NCBI GenBank assembly: GCA_022813865.1
Contig: JALDZX010000025.1
Span: 1-64,000, forward strand
Direction of reading: 5' to 3'
DNA from: Xylographa opegraphella
Taxonomy: Eukaryota
DNA length: 64,000 bases
This document shows, piece after piece, positions 17,195 through 28,332 of the stretch. The notes beneath the pieces are model-generated. The model worked only from the letters and a program-made list of their open reading frames with translations, did not search any database and was not told the origin of the DNA. Both the position numbers and the translations under genes were made by a program. Numbering within the stretch: the stretch's first letter is position 1; each line of letters begins with the position of its first letter.

Positions 17195-17326
17195 CGACCA
17201 CGGTGCGATTCGAACGCTGTTTCTTGTAAGTATTATTTCCGATTATTCATAGTTCTGGATATTTACCACAATCTCCAGTGTATTCCACCCCGAAAACTGG
17301 CGCCTTAACCATTAGGCCACGCGGCC
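17195..17326 (-). tRNA. tRNA-Arg(UCG) with a 9-nt canonical intron (17281-17289) and a 50-nt GT-AG insert in the T-stem (17217-17266)
   Basis: The spliced sequence folds as acceptor GGCCGCG/CGTGGTC, D-stem GCCT/AGGC (loop AATGGTTA), anticodon stem CCAGT/ACTGG (loop TT-TCG-G-C), variable loop AGATT, T-stem GTGCG/CGCAC with loop TTCGAAT, discriminator G. An oligo-T terminator lies downstream. Confidence 0.9.
17217..17266 (-). other. Putative U2-type spliceosomal intron inside the tRNA T-stem (between tRNA positions 51 and 52)
   Basis: Minus strand: GTAAATATCCAGAACTATGAATAATCGGAAATAATACTTACAAGAAACAG. It has donor GTAAAT, branch-like TACTTAC and acceptor CAG, and at 50 nt matches the length of mRNA introns in this window. 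Confidence 0.8.
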
Positions 17327-17834
17327 TGACGATGGAAAAACGATACATATTTCGATCTATAATTGACAGGACCTATGTTGCCCGTAAATCCGGGCAAATT
17401 CACAACATCGTATTGTGAGGTGAGAATAATGGAGGATAAATAGTAACTAGAGCCAACCCGAGATTATGGCAGCGTTCGTAGTGCTGGGATAGTTACGAAA
17501 AAATATACAGACCCGGCATTAACGCTTAGGGTTAAGTTTAGCAGCAGGAAAGCCGGGAGTTGGTGATTACTAGTAGCTTAGCAGCGAGCTCGGATGATGA
17601 GATCTTCCAATGCTCTCCAGAAAATAGATTGGGGGCACATGCCTTGCATTGTTGGGTCTCAACAGTATACAATCGTTGCCGGTAAAGCACTGATGTGACA
17701 TGAAGTTGCAGATGGCTTCACATGTTGCATGAGCTTTTGCAGTTATACAGAAAATGCCCTGACAGTATGGATGTCGTTGTCTAGTGATAATGCCATACAT
17801 CCATGTGTATCTATCTTTACAGTATCCTCAAATG

Positions 17835-20498
17835 CTAGTCATCACTCATCGCGGGCCCCATCCCTATACCCGTTTTTCTCGCCTTCCCAATCGCTAGCAA
17901 GCACTTGCCAACGCCGTCCAAATCCCCCAGAAGCCCCACATGTCCCCTTTCAGTCCGCACCTTCCCATTCTTGGCAACTTTGTAGCCTCTCGGTAACATC
18001 GCTGCACGAGCAAGGACCACCCCATCACCGCTGGCGAATGCCAAATCGTCATAAGCGTCGGCTCGCTGGATCGATTCACGTCCAGCAACACGGGCGCCGT
18101 AAACTGTGGGCACAGATGTCGAGTAAAGAATAGAGACGGGTGGATAGTTATTTGACGATGCGTGTTCCGGCTTGAATGCGGTTTCACGCTTGAAAGCCAA
18201 AACCTCAGCGAGCGTACGTTCGAGGTAGGCCAAAGCAGCCACAAGAGGCAATGTGGAGGAGCTTTGAGGCTGCGATGGCCCCAGTTGCACGTTTGCAGGT
18301 CCGGCATAACCTTCGTTAGTTCTGGCTGCTGTATTGACGGTGTTAGATGACGGAACTGTTCGAGACGTGGTACCACCGGAGATCTTTCTTGGTCCCAGAG
18401 CCGGGAGACTCACAGCCATTGATCCCAGTAGCCCTTTCCGCTCCGGTTGGTTGATAGGAGGCAGCGCCGTGGCAATACAAGGGGAAAAAGCGTATTTCTT
18501 CCACGATTCTATGTTGAAGAAATCGACATGATATTCCTCGTTCGTCACTTTGTTGATAAAACATTGACCGCTTTCTGGTAATAGGACAAAGCTAGTTCTA
18601 AGTGTGAAGTTCACTTGTGCGGTCAAGACTCTTGAGCTTAGTAGAACCTCGTCACCACTCCGAAGAGGCCCAAGGATGTTAATACAGTGTTGGGGGACTC
18701 CGGCATAGACTACGCCCGCAAACAGGCTTGGAACCCGGTTGACCACATGTCGAGTGATAATACCCCCGAGGCTGTGGGCAATAACAGTGGCACCTCTTTC
18801 ATGTACGGGTATATCCGCTTGGTTACACGCCAGTTGTCTAAGGAATGCTTCGAGCTGTCGACTTAACAGATGAGGACTCAATCGCCAGTCATAGCCATAG
18901 TCATGTACTCTCAGTCTACCCTCTCGAGCGTTTTTACAATGTCTCAGCCTCTTTAGCAAACGGCGAGAAATATCCACAGGGCCTATGTGTGTAAGCATTC
19001 CCGACGCGAAGATGGTATTCTCCATGGTATCTTCATCTACATGTTCAAGACCAACCTCTAGATTGACCTTCCGAATATTTAAACCAACTTTGACCGGAAC
19101 CCAAAGCTGACGATGAGGTGCCTCTGCTGACCGAAGTATCGAGCCCCTATAGCCTCCCATCAATACTATATCGCCAATCAAGTGGTCCAAGGCAGTGTGG
19201 AGATTCTGATGAGGTGCTTTTGATGACGCTAGAGAATACTTTTGTCCGTAAGCGGAAGCTATTTCCTGCTCCTTTTCACGGGTCAAATTGCTGCTTCCGG
19301 GATAGCTTTTCATGGGAAAATTTGGGACAGCAGAATCGCTTGTGGTTCGTTTGTGGGTAAAGTCTGGTCGGAATGCACTGAAATTGATGTTCGATAAACT
19401 TGGAAGCTTCAACGCAGAGTCCTGGAAACTATCCTTGATCGCTTTCATCCTGCTGTTAACCTGCCCACGTACATCAACCCAACGGCTATCGTCACCCAGC
19501 GACGACACTCTGGACATCGCACTCCGCAACGGTAGCGACTGGTCTGATGCGATTTTCCGTAAGTGGACCAGTCCGCCTTGTGAATTGTGTGAACTTTGAT
19601 CCACAGCTCCGAGCTGCATGTTTGGATTTTGAGAGTGTTGCAGCTGGAGAGGAGCTGGTCGAGACGTTGAATGATCTATTTTATTGCACTTACCTGTGTA
19701 TTCTTTCTGTGCTTTGAGACTTGGCGGGCTTTCTCGCAACCTCTGTGATTTGTTATTCGGATTGAAGCCGAACCTCGGTAGGAACACAGAGTTTGACCTT
19801 CCAGAACGAGCCGACACTGGATGTACCCCATCTGTCTCTTTCTCGCCGCTGACCATAGAAGTTATGCGCGGCAACGTGAAGTCCTTGAACAAGCCTTGGT
19901 CACCCAGGCTAGGCAGACTGAAGCTTGCCCAGAAGCGCTTGATGTTTAGATCTGCTAGCATACCCGTAGGCTCGGTATATGATTGAATCTGCTCGTGGAT
20001 CCTGGGTCCAGATCTCCACGGAGATGGTAAGAGTTGCGAACCAGTTGGTGATAGTTCGCGCGAGCACGTTGAAAGGTCCATGGCACTACTGCGCAAAGGG
20101 TGCTGCAAGACTGGTCGTGTGTGCTGCTCTGCTTCTTCAGCTGTCTCGTTATCTTGCGGACCCCATCCCCACAACCCGCTGACGGCAGCGACCTTCTCAG
20201 CAGCTGGTATCGCTGGAGACGTAAGCCTCGTCTGTTCTCTCCCGATACTGACGCCCAGTATAGACTGCACGTCCTCTTCCCGTATAGTGTATTCATCGTG
20301 GCTCATTTCTTCATGATCTAATTCAACGTAATCTGACTTAATTGTAAGCGGAAGTCCATTGGAAGACATCTGGGGCGGCAGAGCTGTGAATCCTGCTGAA
20401 TCCGTATCACCACGTAAGCGTCCAAGATTTGCTGACTCCGGTAGTTCGTGCACTGGAAGTGGTGTTGAACCTCGATTTTCTACTGTTGAAGGGTCCAT
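17835..20498 (-). CDS. Uncharacterised 887-aa protein with a C-terminal LCAT-like alpha/beta-hydrolase domain
   Basis: Intronless ORF with disordered N-terminal half, GGYRGSILR, YDWRL, nucleophile elbow AHSLGG, GDGVV and a terminal His (RGHVGLL). Confidence 0.8.
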   Translation of the reverse strand: MDPSTVENRGSTPLPVHELPESANLGRLRGDTDSAGFTALPPQMSSNGLPLTIKSDYVELDHEEMSHDEYTIREEDVQSILGVSIGREQTRLTSPAIPAAEKVAAVSGLWGWGPQDNETAEEAEQHTRPVLQHPLRSSAMDLSTCSRELSPTGSQLLPSPWRSGPRIHEQIQSYTEPTGMLADLNIKRFWASFSLPSLGDQGLFKDFTLPRITSMVSGEKETDGVHPVSARSGRSNSVFLPRFGFNPNNKSQRLRESPPSLKAQKEYTGKCNKIDHSTSRPAPLQLQHSQNPNMQLGAVDQSSHNSQGGLVHLRKIASDQSLPLRSAMSRVSSLGDDSRWVDVRGQVNSRMKAIKDSFQDSALKLPSLSNINFSAFRPDFTHKRTTSDSAVPNFPMKSYPGSSNLTREKEQEIASAYGQKYSLASSKAPHQNLHTALDHLIGDIVLMGGYRGSILRSAEAPHRQLWVPVKVGLNIRKVNLEVGLEHVDEDTMENTIFASGMLTHIGPVDISRRLLKRLRHCKNAREGRLRVHDYGYDWRLSPHLLSRQLEAFLRQLACNQADIPVHERGATVIAHSLGGIITRHVVNRVPSLFAGVVYAGVPQHCINILGPLRSGDEVLLSSRVLTAQVNFTLRTSFVLLPESGQCFINKVTNEEYHVDFFNIESWKKYAFSPCIATALPPINQPERKGLLGSMAVSLPALGPRKISGGTTSRTVPSSNTVNTAARTNEGYAGPANVQLGPSQPQSSSTLPLVAALAYLERTLAEVLAFKRETAFKPEHASSNNYPPVSILYSTSVPTVYGARVAGRESIQRADAYDDLAFASGDGVVLARAAMLPRGYKVAKNGKVRTERGHVGLLGDLDGVGKCLLAIGKARKTGIGMGPAMSDD

Positions 20499-21344
20499 GG
20501 ATTATGATATAAAAGCCTCACGAGGTATGGAAATGAAAAAGTGTGTGATGGAGTCTATGAATAATCAGCGGACTGGAGAATCAGCATCGCAGCGCTGATG
20601 AATTCATGTTAGCACGCGGAATGCATGTGTGGATTGTATCGGCATGCAGGCAGCTGGCGGTCAGAGTGCCAGAGTCATCAAGGAGTCCTGTAGCCGGCTG
20701 ATCCGGTAGCACACGGAAGGAGTGGCCCCTCAGCTGCATTTTGTTGTCGGGAACGAAGCCAACGATAACTTGAAAGAAACAGAGTATCTGATTGCAGGGT
20801 GCACCTTGAACGATTGGTTAGTTTTTGTTGGATCACGACACTTGCGGCTTTGTACGTGGTGAAGGAGAAAGAGAGGAAACGGCTGTTTTGATTGATATTT
20901 CTTGTGCACCTTGTGCCAACCCCGATGTATGGAAATCCTTGGGGCCATACCAATAATGCATACTGTACGAGAAGTGCATTATAAGATGTATACTCCCGTC
21001 TTTGGGTACTACCTTTGTGTATCTACTACCTTAGTAATAGGATACCTCCGTACGGGAGTAAGGTACCGCATGTTGTTTCAGCGGGCTCGGCGGGGTAATG
21101 GCCGGAACATGACGTGTTTGTCAAAGGCCACCAAGATTTATCTCTACCAACCAATCCAAGCCAATCAGCGCCCCTGACAACGCGATGTTGGACGTGCTAC
21201 TTCTACAATCATGTGGTGTCGAGCTCTCCATCTGTCCTCCAGATACACCTATTCCTGGCACACCCATGGAAAAGTTCTGTTGTTTGATTCATCGTCCAAC
21301 GAGAGATATCGAAGGAACGCCAGCAAAAGCTTCAAAGCCACTCT

Positions 21345-23926
21345 TCATCGAAAACGAATCGACTTGTGGGCCAATGGTGAGCTACGAGAAGTATAGCCGA
21401 ACATCGTGGGGTCTCGCACCCGGCCCGCTCGAGTATAGGGCGTTTGACCGGTACAGAAGACGCAGAGATAGACATGTGTGAGTCGTTGCGGATTAGGAGC
21501 TACACATCTGACGTGCAATGATTTTTTGCAAGATTCGCTGTTCCGATTCAGCTTCATCGAGCACTCGGATAATTTTTGATACATACCACGAAACCATTTC
21601 TCCATCATTGAGAGTGTCGTGACAGATGCAACGAATGTTATTGGAGATGTTGCTCTGACTTCTCGGACTCGGTAAGTCTGGATCTGACATAGTGCTGGGC
21701 GATAGTCCGGAGAGATTGCCTGCAGTGCCCTTCTCATGCGTGTTGTGATGGCGCTGGATCAGACATGCCGTAGAGTGATTGATAGGACTGTGCTTTGACC
21801 GACCCTCCTCTTCGGACATTGACTTTTTAGCTGCTTGGCGGTCCTTCAGTACTTTGCGGAGCTCGTGCTGAGCGCTTCCGTTGCCTTCGTCGGACTCGAG
21901 TACGGTCTCGGCCTCACTAACTTCTTCTTCGACCCTAGTGTCGTTGACGTACTCAAAGTCCGTCCGGAGAGCAAGCTGATTCTGCACAAACTTGGTTCCA
22001 TGCCGTTTTTCTCCCGTTGAAGCACTGTACAAACTTGAGTTTGCATTGTTCGTAGTCTGCCAGTTCTCTGCATTACTGCTTGATATGTAGCTAGATGTGT
22101 AAGACGATTTCGACGAGTGGGAGACGGAATCTTGTGCTGAACGACCCGCTTTAGCACTCCTAGGTTTCCACGAAGAAATGTCGAAGGATGTAGTTTGACT
22201 CGTAATCATGCCGATAGTGGACTGGTTGGAAGAGGTATCGCTATCCGTATCATCAGATTCCATGCCAAGTTCTGTCAGCTCCATGCGCACGTTCGTGGTA
22301 TCGGTGCCGTCCAAAAATGGCCGTGCCTCTGTTCGGGCTCTTCCAGTGGAATCGATCGTTAGCGCCAAAGCAGTTCGACGTCGTGGATACAGTGCGTTTC
22401 CATGGAAGCGGCTACTACGAATCAGCCTGATGGGTGAAGTTCGTCGTTGACCCAAGGTGTTATCCACCCGATTGCTAGAAGATTGCTCGGAAAATTTCCT
22501 GGTATCTGAATTCGTTCGGATAGTCACGCTGTCAGTCGCACTACGGTAAAGCTTAGGCCGTTCAGGACCATCACCACGAAGCGTTTCCAGAGCAGCTGTC
22601 ACTGCCGGCGAATCGCAATCCGGCTTTCGCTTCTTTTTAGCCTTTAGTATGCCACCAAATGCTTTATCCCTCTTGGCCTCTTGGATTTGATATGCGTATG
22701 GCTGTAGAGAATCTGCGTCTACAACTCTTATAAAAGCCATAGAGGTATTCAAGGGTCGAAGGCTTTTACTAGGCGAGCTGAACAGGAGACTAGGATCAAC
22801 ACCATCGACGCTTGTTGCTTGATGCATATGACGGTCCCCTATCAGCCCAGCCGTAGAGACAAAGCCTGCTTGTGTGAAGCAAGAGCTTGCAGTATCATTC
22901 AGACCTGCCTTGGAACCAACGTCATCAAAATTCGAAAGCGACATTGAGGTCTGAGGACCGGAAGCTGAGGCATGGCTGTGAACTGAAATAAAAGGGTCAA
23001 GTGGCGGTTGTCGGGGAGTGTCGAATGGATTGGCAATGTCCGCGGAGAAGTCTATATTCATATCATCATCATCCTTCGGCTCCCAAAAAAGTCTGTTTTG
23101 TGGAAAATTAGGTGCTGTTGTTATAGGACCTGACGTTGAAAAGTCGAAGATGTCGGGAGAGAAGTCTAGGGCAGGAAACCGTTGAGGTGACGCTTCCTTT
23201 CGTATTAGTGAAGACTCGACATTTCCTACTTGTGGAAAGAGTGGCGCCGATATTCGTCGTCCTGCTGCGGCGGACTCCTGAACCAATTTTGCTACTTGAG
23301 CCTGTTGTGCCTTCCGCCTGAGCGCTGATGTGCTTGTAGGCGGTGGAGTCTGCATAGATCCTGCGGAACGAAATCCGGAATTTGCGTCCAATGCCAAATC
23401 AAAAGTAGAAGAGGTGAAGATTTCCTCAGGGTCTGTACGACATCTTTTGGCAGATCTTGAATTAGTCAAGGAGGAGGGTTGATCTGTTGGAATTCCTAAG
23501 GACAATGAACGATTTGGCGTGGCTGGCGGGTGCTGGACATGTGAGGAAATATCCGATTCAATACCTTGGTCCAATCTTGGAGTATTTTGATCCGATCCCG
23601 TTGAAGATTGTTGTATGATTGGGGTAGTAGGTATGTATGGCTGTGGTGTTTTGAGCAGGTCAGGACTTGTGGCATGAGGATCTGCAGTGTTCCATGTTAC
23701 TCGTGGATCGTAGAAACTTGACTCGGCCTTGGGAGTTTGAAACCCATTTTGAGCGAATGTTCCTGATGTTGGTGTTCTGGTCGGAGTTGGCGGCTGCCCG
23801 TGGCTGAAGCTGCTTCGCAACCCTCGTCAGCATGAATAAATTGAGTGAAGCCCCGCAATACAGTAGTGTGTTATTCGAAAGGGTTCAATGGCAAAATCAC
23901 CTGTAGACTGGCTGCTCCCAACTCAT
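21345..23926 (-). CDS. Ser/Thr/Pro-rich protein with C-terminal PHD finger
   Basis: A 775-codon ORF splices into C-I-C...C-E-S-C...H-V-R-C...C-V-F-C (C4HC3). The start at 23926 via a short first exon is inferred. Confidence 0.75.
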
Positions 23927-26807
23927 AGCAAAGGTATGAGAGGCAAGAATAGCCCGAGGGAGCTTCTCAGGTTTGTTGCTAAGCGGAGCTCACACTCAGG
24001 CGACTTCACTTCCTTGGAGTTGCCGAGTAATTGGGTCAACTCTCTAGCGGAATTGGAGGAAGAAGCATTTCTGTGAGATATATCCGTCGTAATTATTAGA
24101 GTAGAAGAACAGGAGATTCCGTTATTAGCGCCCTTGGTGTGGTGACGGGCACGGAGTGTTTTGTGCAGCTCGGTGGCCAACGACGGTGCGGTGATTGCAG
24201 ATTAACGCAGTTAACGCTCGCTGCAACAGGGAGGTTCTGCACTTTCCGCAAGGAGCCTTGATTGATGAAAGTACCGAAAGTGGCAGCAGGATAGCCTTAT
24301 GGATAGACTAGCAGCTGAATTGAAACCTCAAACCTCCAGGGGCCCAGATGAAGCTGTGCGAGGGAATCGAGTCACACTACTGAAGTGAGAATCTCCTACG
24401 TTCTCAAATTGGTGGGGCCAAATAAACCAGGAGCAGTGCCAATACCAGTAACAGCTGAGCGGATGAGCCGCGGACGGCGTAGAAAACGAGGTAACGTAGT
24501 TCCTAATTCCACGGATGACAACCAGTGCTACCATTTTGGGTAGCAGGCACGCTCCAGCTGACTGGCCAATAGTTCTTCCATGATCCGTAGTCGCACGGGT
24601 CAGGGAGGCCGCTCGGCTGGGTCGAAGAAGCGAGGCTTAATTTCCATTGCCGTCCAGCCATCGATGATTACACTTCCTTATCTGCAAGATTCATGCCTGC
24701 GCTGACTATCAATAACAAGGTATTCCTTGCAGAGCAGCCTGCACAAAAAAAGAGATCTGCCGTCCGTCAGCTTGCCCAAGTCCTCCCTTGGCATGGCCCT
24801 TGACCATCGTTTTTATAGATAGAATAATAGCGACCTACTTTGTATCATGAGATATCCAGATTGTCCGTCAAACCATGCACGAAAGCTGGCCCTTGTTTCA
24901 CCATGCTTAGGTGGACTGAGTCATACTTTCCGTAAGGCAGCTAGCTACTTTAAGATCCTGCAAATGCCAAGCAGGACTAGGCTGATCCTACGAGCTTACC
25001 TCCTTACCTTACCGTACTATTACGGAAGGTAAAGGTAGCTTAGTAGCTAGCCGGGCTTGCCAGTGTCTTCGCACGAGTGACCACTCATGGCACAGCAGGA
25101 CCGTGCCGTGACAAAACACTCACCACACCATTCCGTAATCTGTAAAGCAGGGAAGACAACAGCAGCTAGACTTCTATTATACAGGTACCTCCGTAGACTC
25201 TTGAATGAAGCGCTCAGCACTGAAACGAAGAAAAACTACTCTATGGAACTACCCAGATCTACAGAGGGAAGCTCTGGAATGTACATGAACTGATCTCGTA
25301 CGGTGTATATGCCGATGCTGGTGAAATACAGCACAGCGTCCTCAGAGTCTTGACCATGGCCTCCGATTCGCAGGACCCTGCCCAGTACCTCTTACAAGAC
25401 CGCTCCTCTGTGACCAGGAGGCATCTACATCAGACACTTTCCTGCTTCCTATCTCCAGATTGACTATCTATGACGATCCACGATGCTTTAGCACTGTTTG
25501 GTTCGCCACCTGTCATATCCTTAGCTGCGTACCTGACGACCTTGTGGTCTTTGATTGCCGTGATATTGCTCTTCACGATGGCATACTGCTTATCGGTACA
25601 TGTCCTAAGCAACCTAAGGATGCAACATTCAGCCTCAGGAGTCGCAACACTTCATCGTTGATGTGGAAGCAGAAAGAGTTTATATTGCGCTGTACGGAGT
25701 AGTGACTTTGATATGGTATGTTCATCGTGGAACTTCGACTTCACTACTGTAGTGCCGTAAAATTGGCGGAGAGTATCGAGCAGCTACAACGTAGTGAAAT
25801 ACGAAGAGATGGCAACATGCCGGAAAAGAGAACACAGTGTAAGTTACAGGAGGAACCAAAGTTATGAAAATTCACTGTCTCCCACAAGCCATGTAGTATA
25901 GATATTAATATAAAGGCGATAACACCCATGAGAAAATATGGAAGCTTTCCTTAGGACTCGGATAACATATACAACCCGGCGTCGCCTGCTCTTACAAGTG
26001 AAAGTAGGACGGACTTGCGTAAACGTCTGCGATTTTCAAGGGAAGACGTTCTTGTGTAATAGTCGATCTTGGTAAAGGAATCGTTGATATGTACGCGGTG
26101 ATGGATGGGCACTACGTAGACTATACTCCCTACAAGTTGTATAGGTAGCTTATACATTAGGTACGGTGACGAGCACTGTGCGGACTCAAAATTAGCTTCT
26201 CCCTACCTTACCTTCCATTATGAGATGACCCGCTTCCTAGCTGTGGGCAAGTGATCCTGTCGTGAGATTATCGTTATATTACAGATTCTGGACGTGTCTC
26301 TAGTGCCGTAAGGTTGAAACAAGCGCAAAATCATGTATTCGGACTCCGCGGTCAACCGGTCCGCTTAAGCAGCAATTACTACCTTGAGAGAGCAGAGCTG
26401 GCTATAGACAATTAGTCCCGGTTGCCTTCTATGTACATCTACGATATTCGCTTGAAATTGAACATATCGTCAGGCATGTAAAGCCCGGAAGCACGGTGGC
26501 TTGATATGGGATGGGAAGGTCTGCTGTTCGCATATCCTAATTATCCGCTCGACAGCAGAGAACTGGGTAGCAAACTTAGCTCGAAGGGATCACGACCTAC
26601 GCGTGCTGGCATTGGTATTACTCGAAGTGCCTCTCGTTCTGTGTGTAGCATTGCTGACAACGTGCATGTAGATTTATACAAGGCAAGGCTGGAGCTGTTC
26701 ATTCATGACCAGAGTAGTGCAGGAATCTTAACAAGATTATTCGTTACGCCTCGTGACTTAGCCAACACCTAGCAGGCTCGCTTTACCATTTGACGGTACA
26801 CTGGAAG

Positions 26808-27801
26808 ATGAATGACGTTAGGACAAGGAAGCAAGTAAAGGATACTAGGCAGGCGATGGCAAATCCTGGAGGAGTAGACCACAGATCCAAAGAGAATATA
26901 TTTCTCTTCTACCCCAATATAATTGGTGCGTTCGGATCATGAGTGAGTACATAAGTACCTACGGCTAATATGCTATATATCTAAGGATATTCTCGGATTG
27001 TTCTTGCAATCGCTTCCCTATACTATATGCCGTTACATCCAAGGACATGTTCTCTATTATACAGCATATCATGCCTGCTTGATGCTCTAGACGGTTTTGC
27101 AGCCCGATACTTTGAGCAGTCGACTCGCTTTGGTGCAGTCCTGGACATGGTCACAGACAGGTGCACAACAGCATGTTTACTTGTTTTCCTCAGCTCTGCC
27201 TGGCCGAGATGGTCACTCCTATTCCAAGGACTCATAAGTCTGGATCTAGCAAGTCACTACATGCATATGTTCGCGACCTTGACAATGGCTGGATCAGGGC
27301 AGAGCCACAAGAAGGTGGACCAGAGCAGGAGCCGAATATTGCATCTCTACTACACTAAGAAGGTTTTTCCCCTACATTTCACGTGCATTATAGGCTTCCA
27401 GCTAACAAAGATCTTAGAGCGTTCTCTTTGCCTTCTGCGCATTGAATGAATTGTTCTTCATAGCCCTCTACCTCCTTTCCTTCTCTTCGCCGACCTTGTC
27501 TCCATCATTATTACAGCCCATTCCAAATGCTCCTGGCTCATCTTTACAACCAGGGAACCCAGCCCATCCTCCAGCATTTTCCCTCTTTCCCAATCCTTAC
27601 AGTGCCGGCGCTTTGGAACTGGCACGCGCCAACAAGATGGACAGCTTTTGGCCATGGGTAATTGCTGGCATCTCATTTCCAGTGATGGCAGGAAAACAGT
27701 TTATCAATATTGTACAGCTCGTGAAAGCCAGCAAATGGTTGGCAGAAGGCGACCTTGAGCTTAGACGAAACCAAGGCTTACCGAAGGAGAAGAATAAATA
27801 A
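26808..27801 (+). CDS. PIS1: Phosphatidylinositol synthase (CDP-alcohol phosphatidyltransferase)
   Basis: ENIFLFYPNIIGYSR, DALDGFAARYFEQSTRFGAVLDMVTDR and LDLASHYMHM. Introns at about 26926-26985 and 27363-27418. Confidence 0.93.
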
Positions 27802-28332
27802 TTGAACACCTTGTTAAAGCCTCTCGAGGCCCCACGCTATCTGGTAAAGACAGATTCGGAGTGCAATATGTCGTCTGCCCACGTGACAAACTGGATGTCT
27901 ATTATGAAAACCTGTAACGAGAATTATTTTTGTCTAAAGCTAAAACTCAAGTTCCGCTAGTTCTCATGCTCGTTCAAAAGTCCAAGCACGTGAGAGAAAT
28001 ACATGGCCTTCAAATGTGCTTCAGCGAGTGGCCATTAAATGCCAAAAGATTCTCAGTCTACAGGGACGCACGGTATTCGTTTTCACCGTAATAAGTGTAT
28101 ATCTCTGAATGCAACCTCCATATGGGATGCTTGGACCCTTGCGAGTCCGTGTTCGCTTACCTACATTAAGGTATCTACCTACTTGTACGGAGTACCTTAC
28201 GTAGTTAGCGCTACAGGTTTGTCGTTAGTGCAGAACAAATCCGTCCGACAGCACATCATGAATCAGGTTTGAGGTACGAGCAGTGTACGACAACGAGACT
28301 GGCAATGATAGCCCAGTGATGGAGAAGAAGTC

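Noticed and set aside
17057..17308. 83-aa plus-strand ORF
   Set aside because: It lies antisense over the tRNA gene and its terminator and has no recognisable protein features.
17526..17534. TTAGGGTTA (TAACCCTAA on the minus strand), resembling a telomerase RNA template
   Set aside because: A given 9-mer is expected about 0.5 times by chance over both strands of 64 kb, and I recognised no pseudoknot or CR4/5 element nearby.
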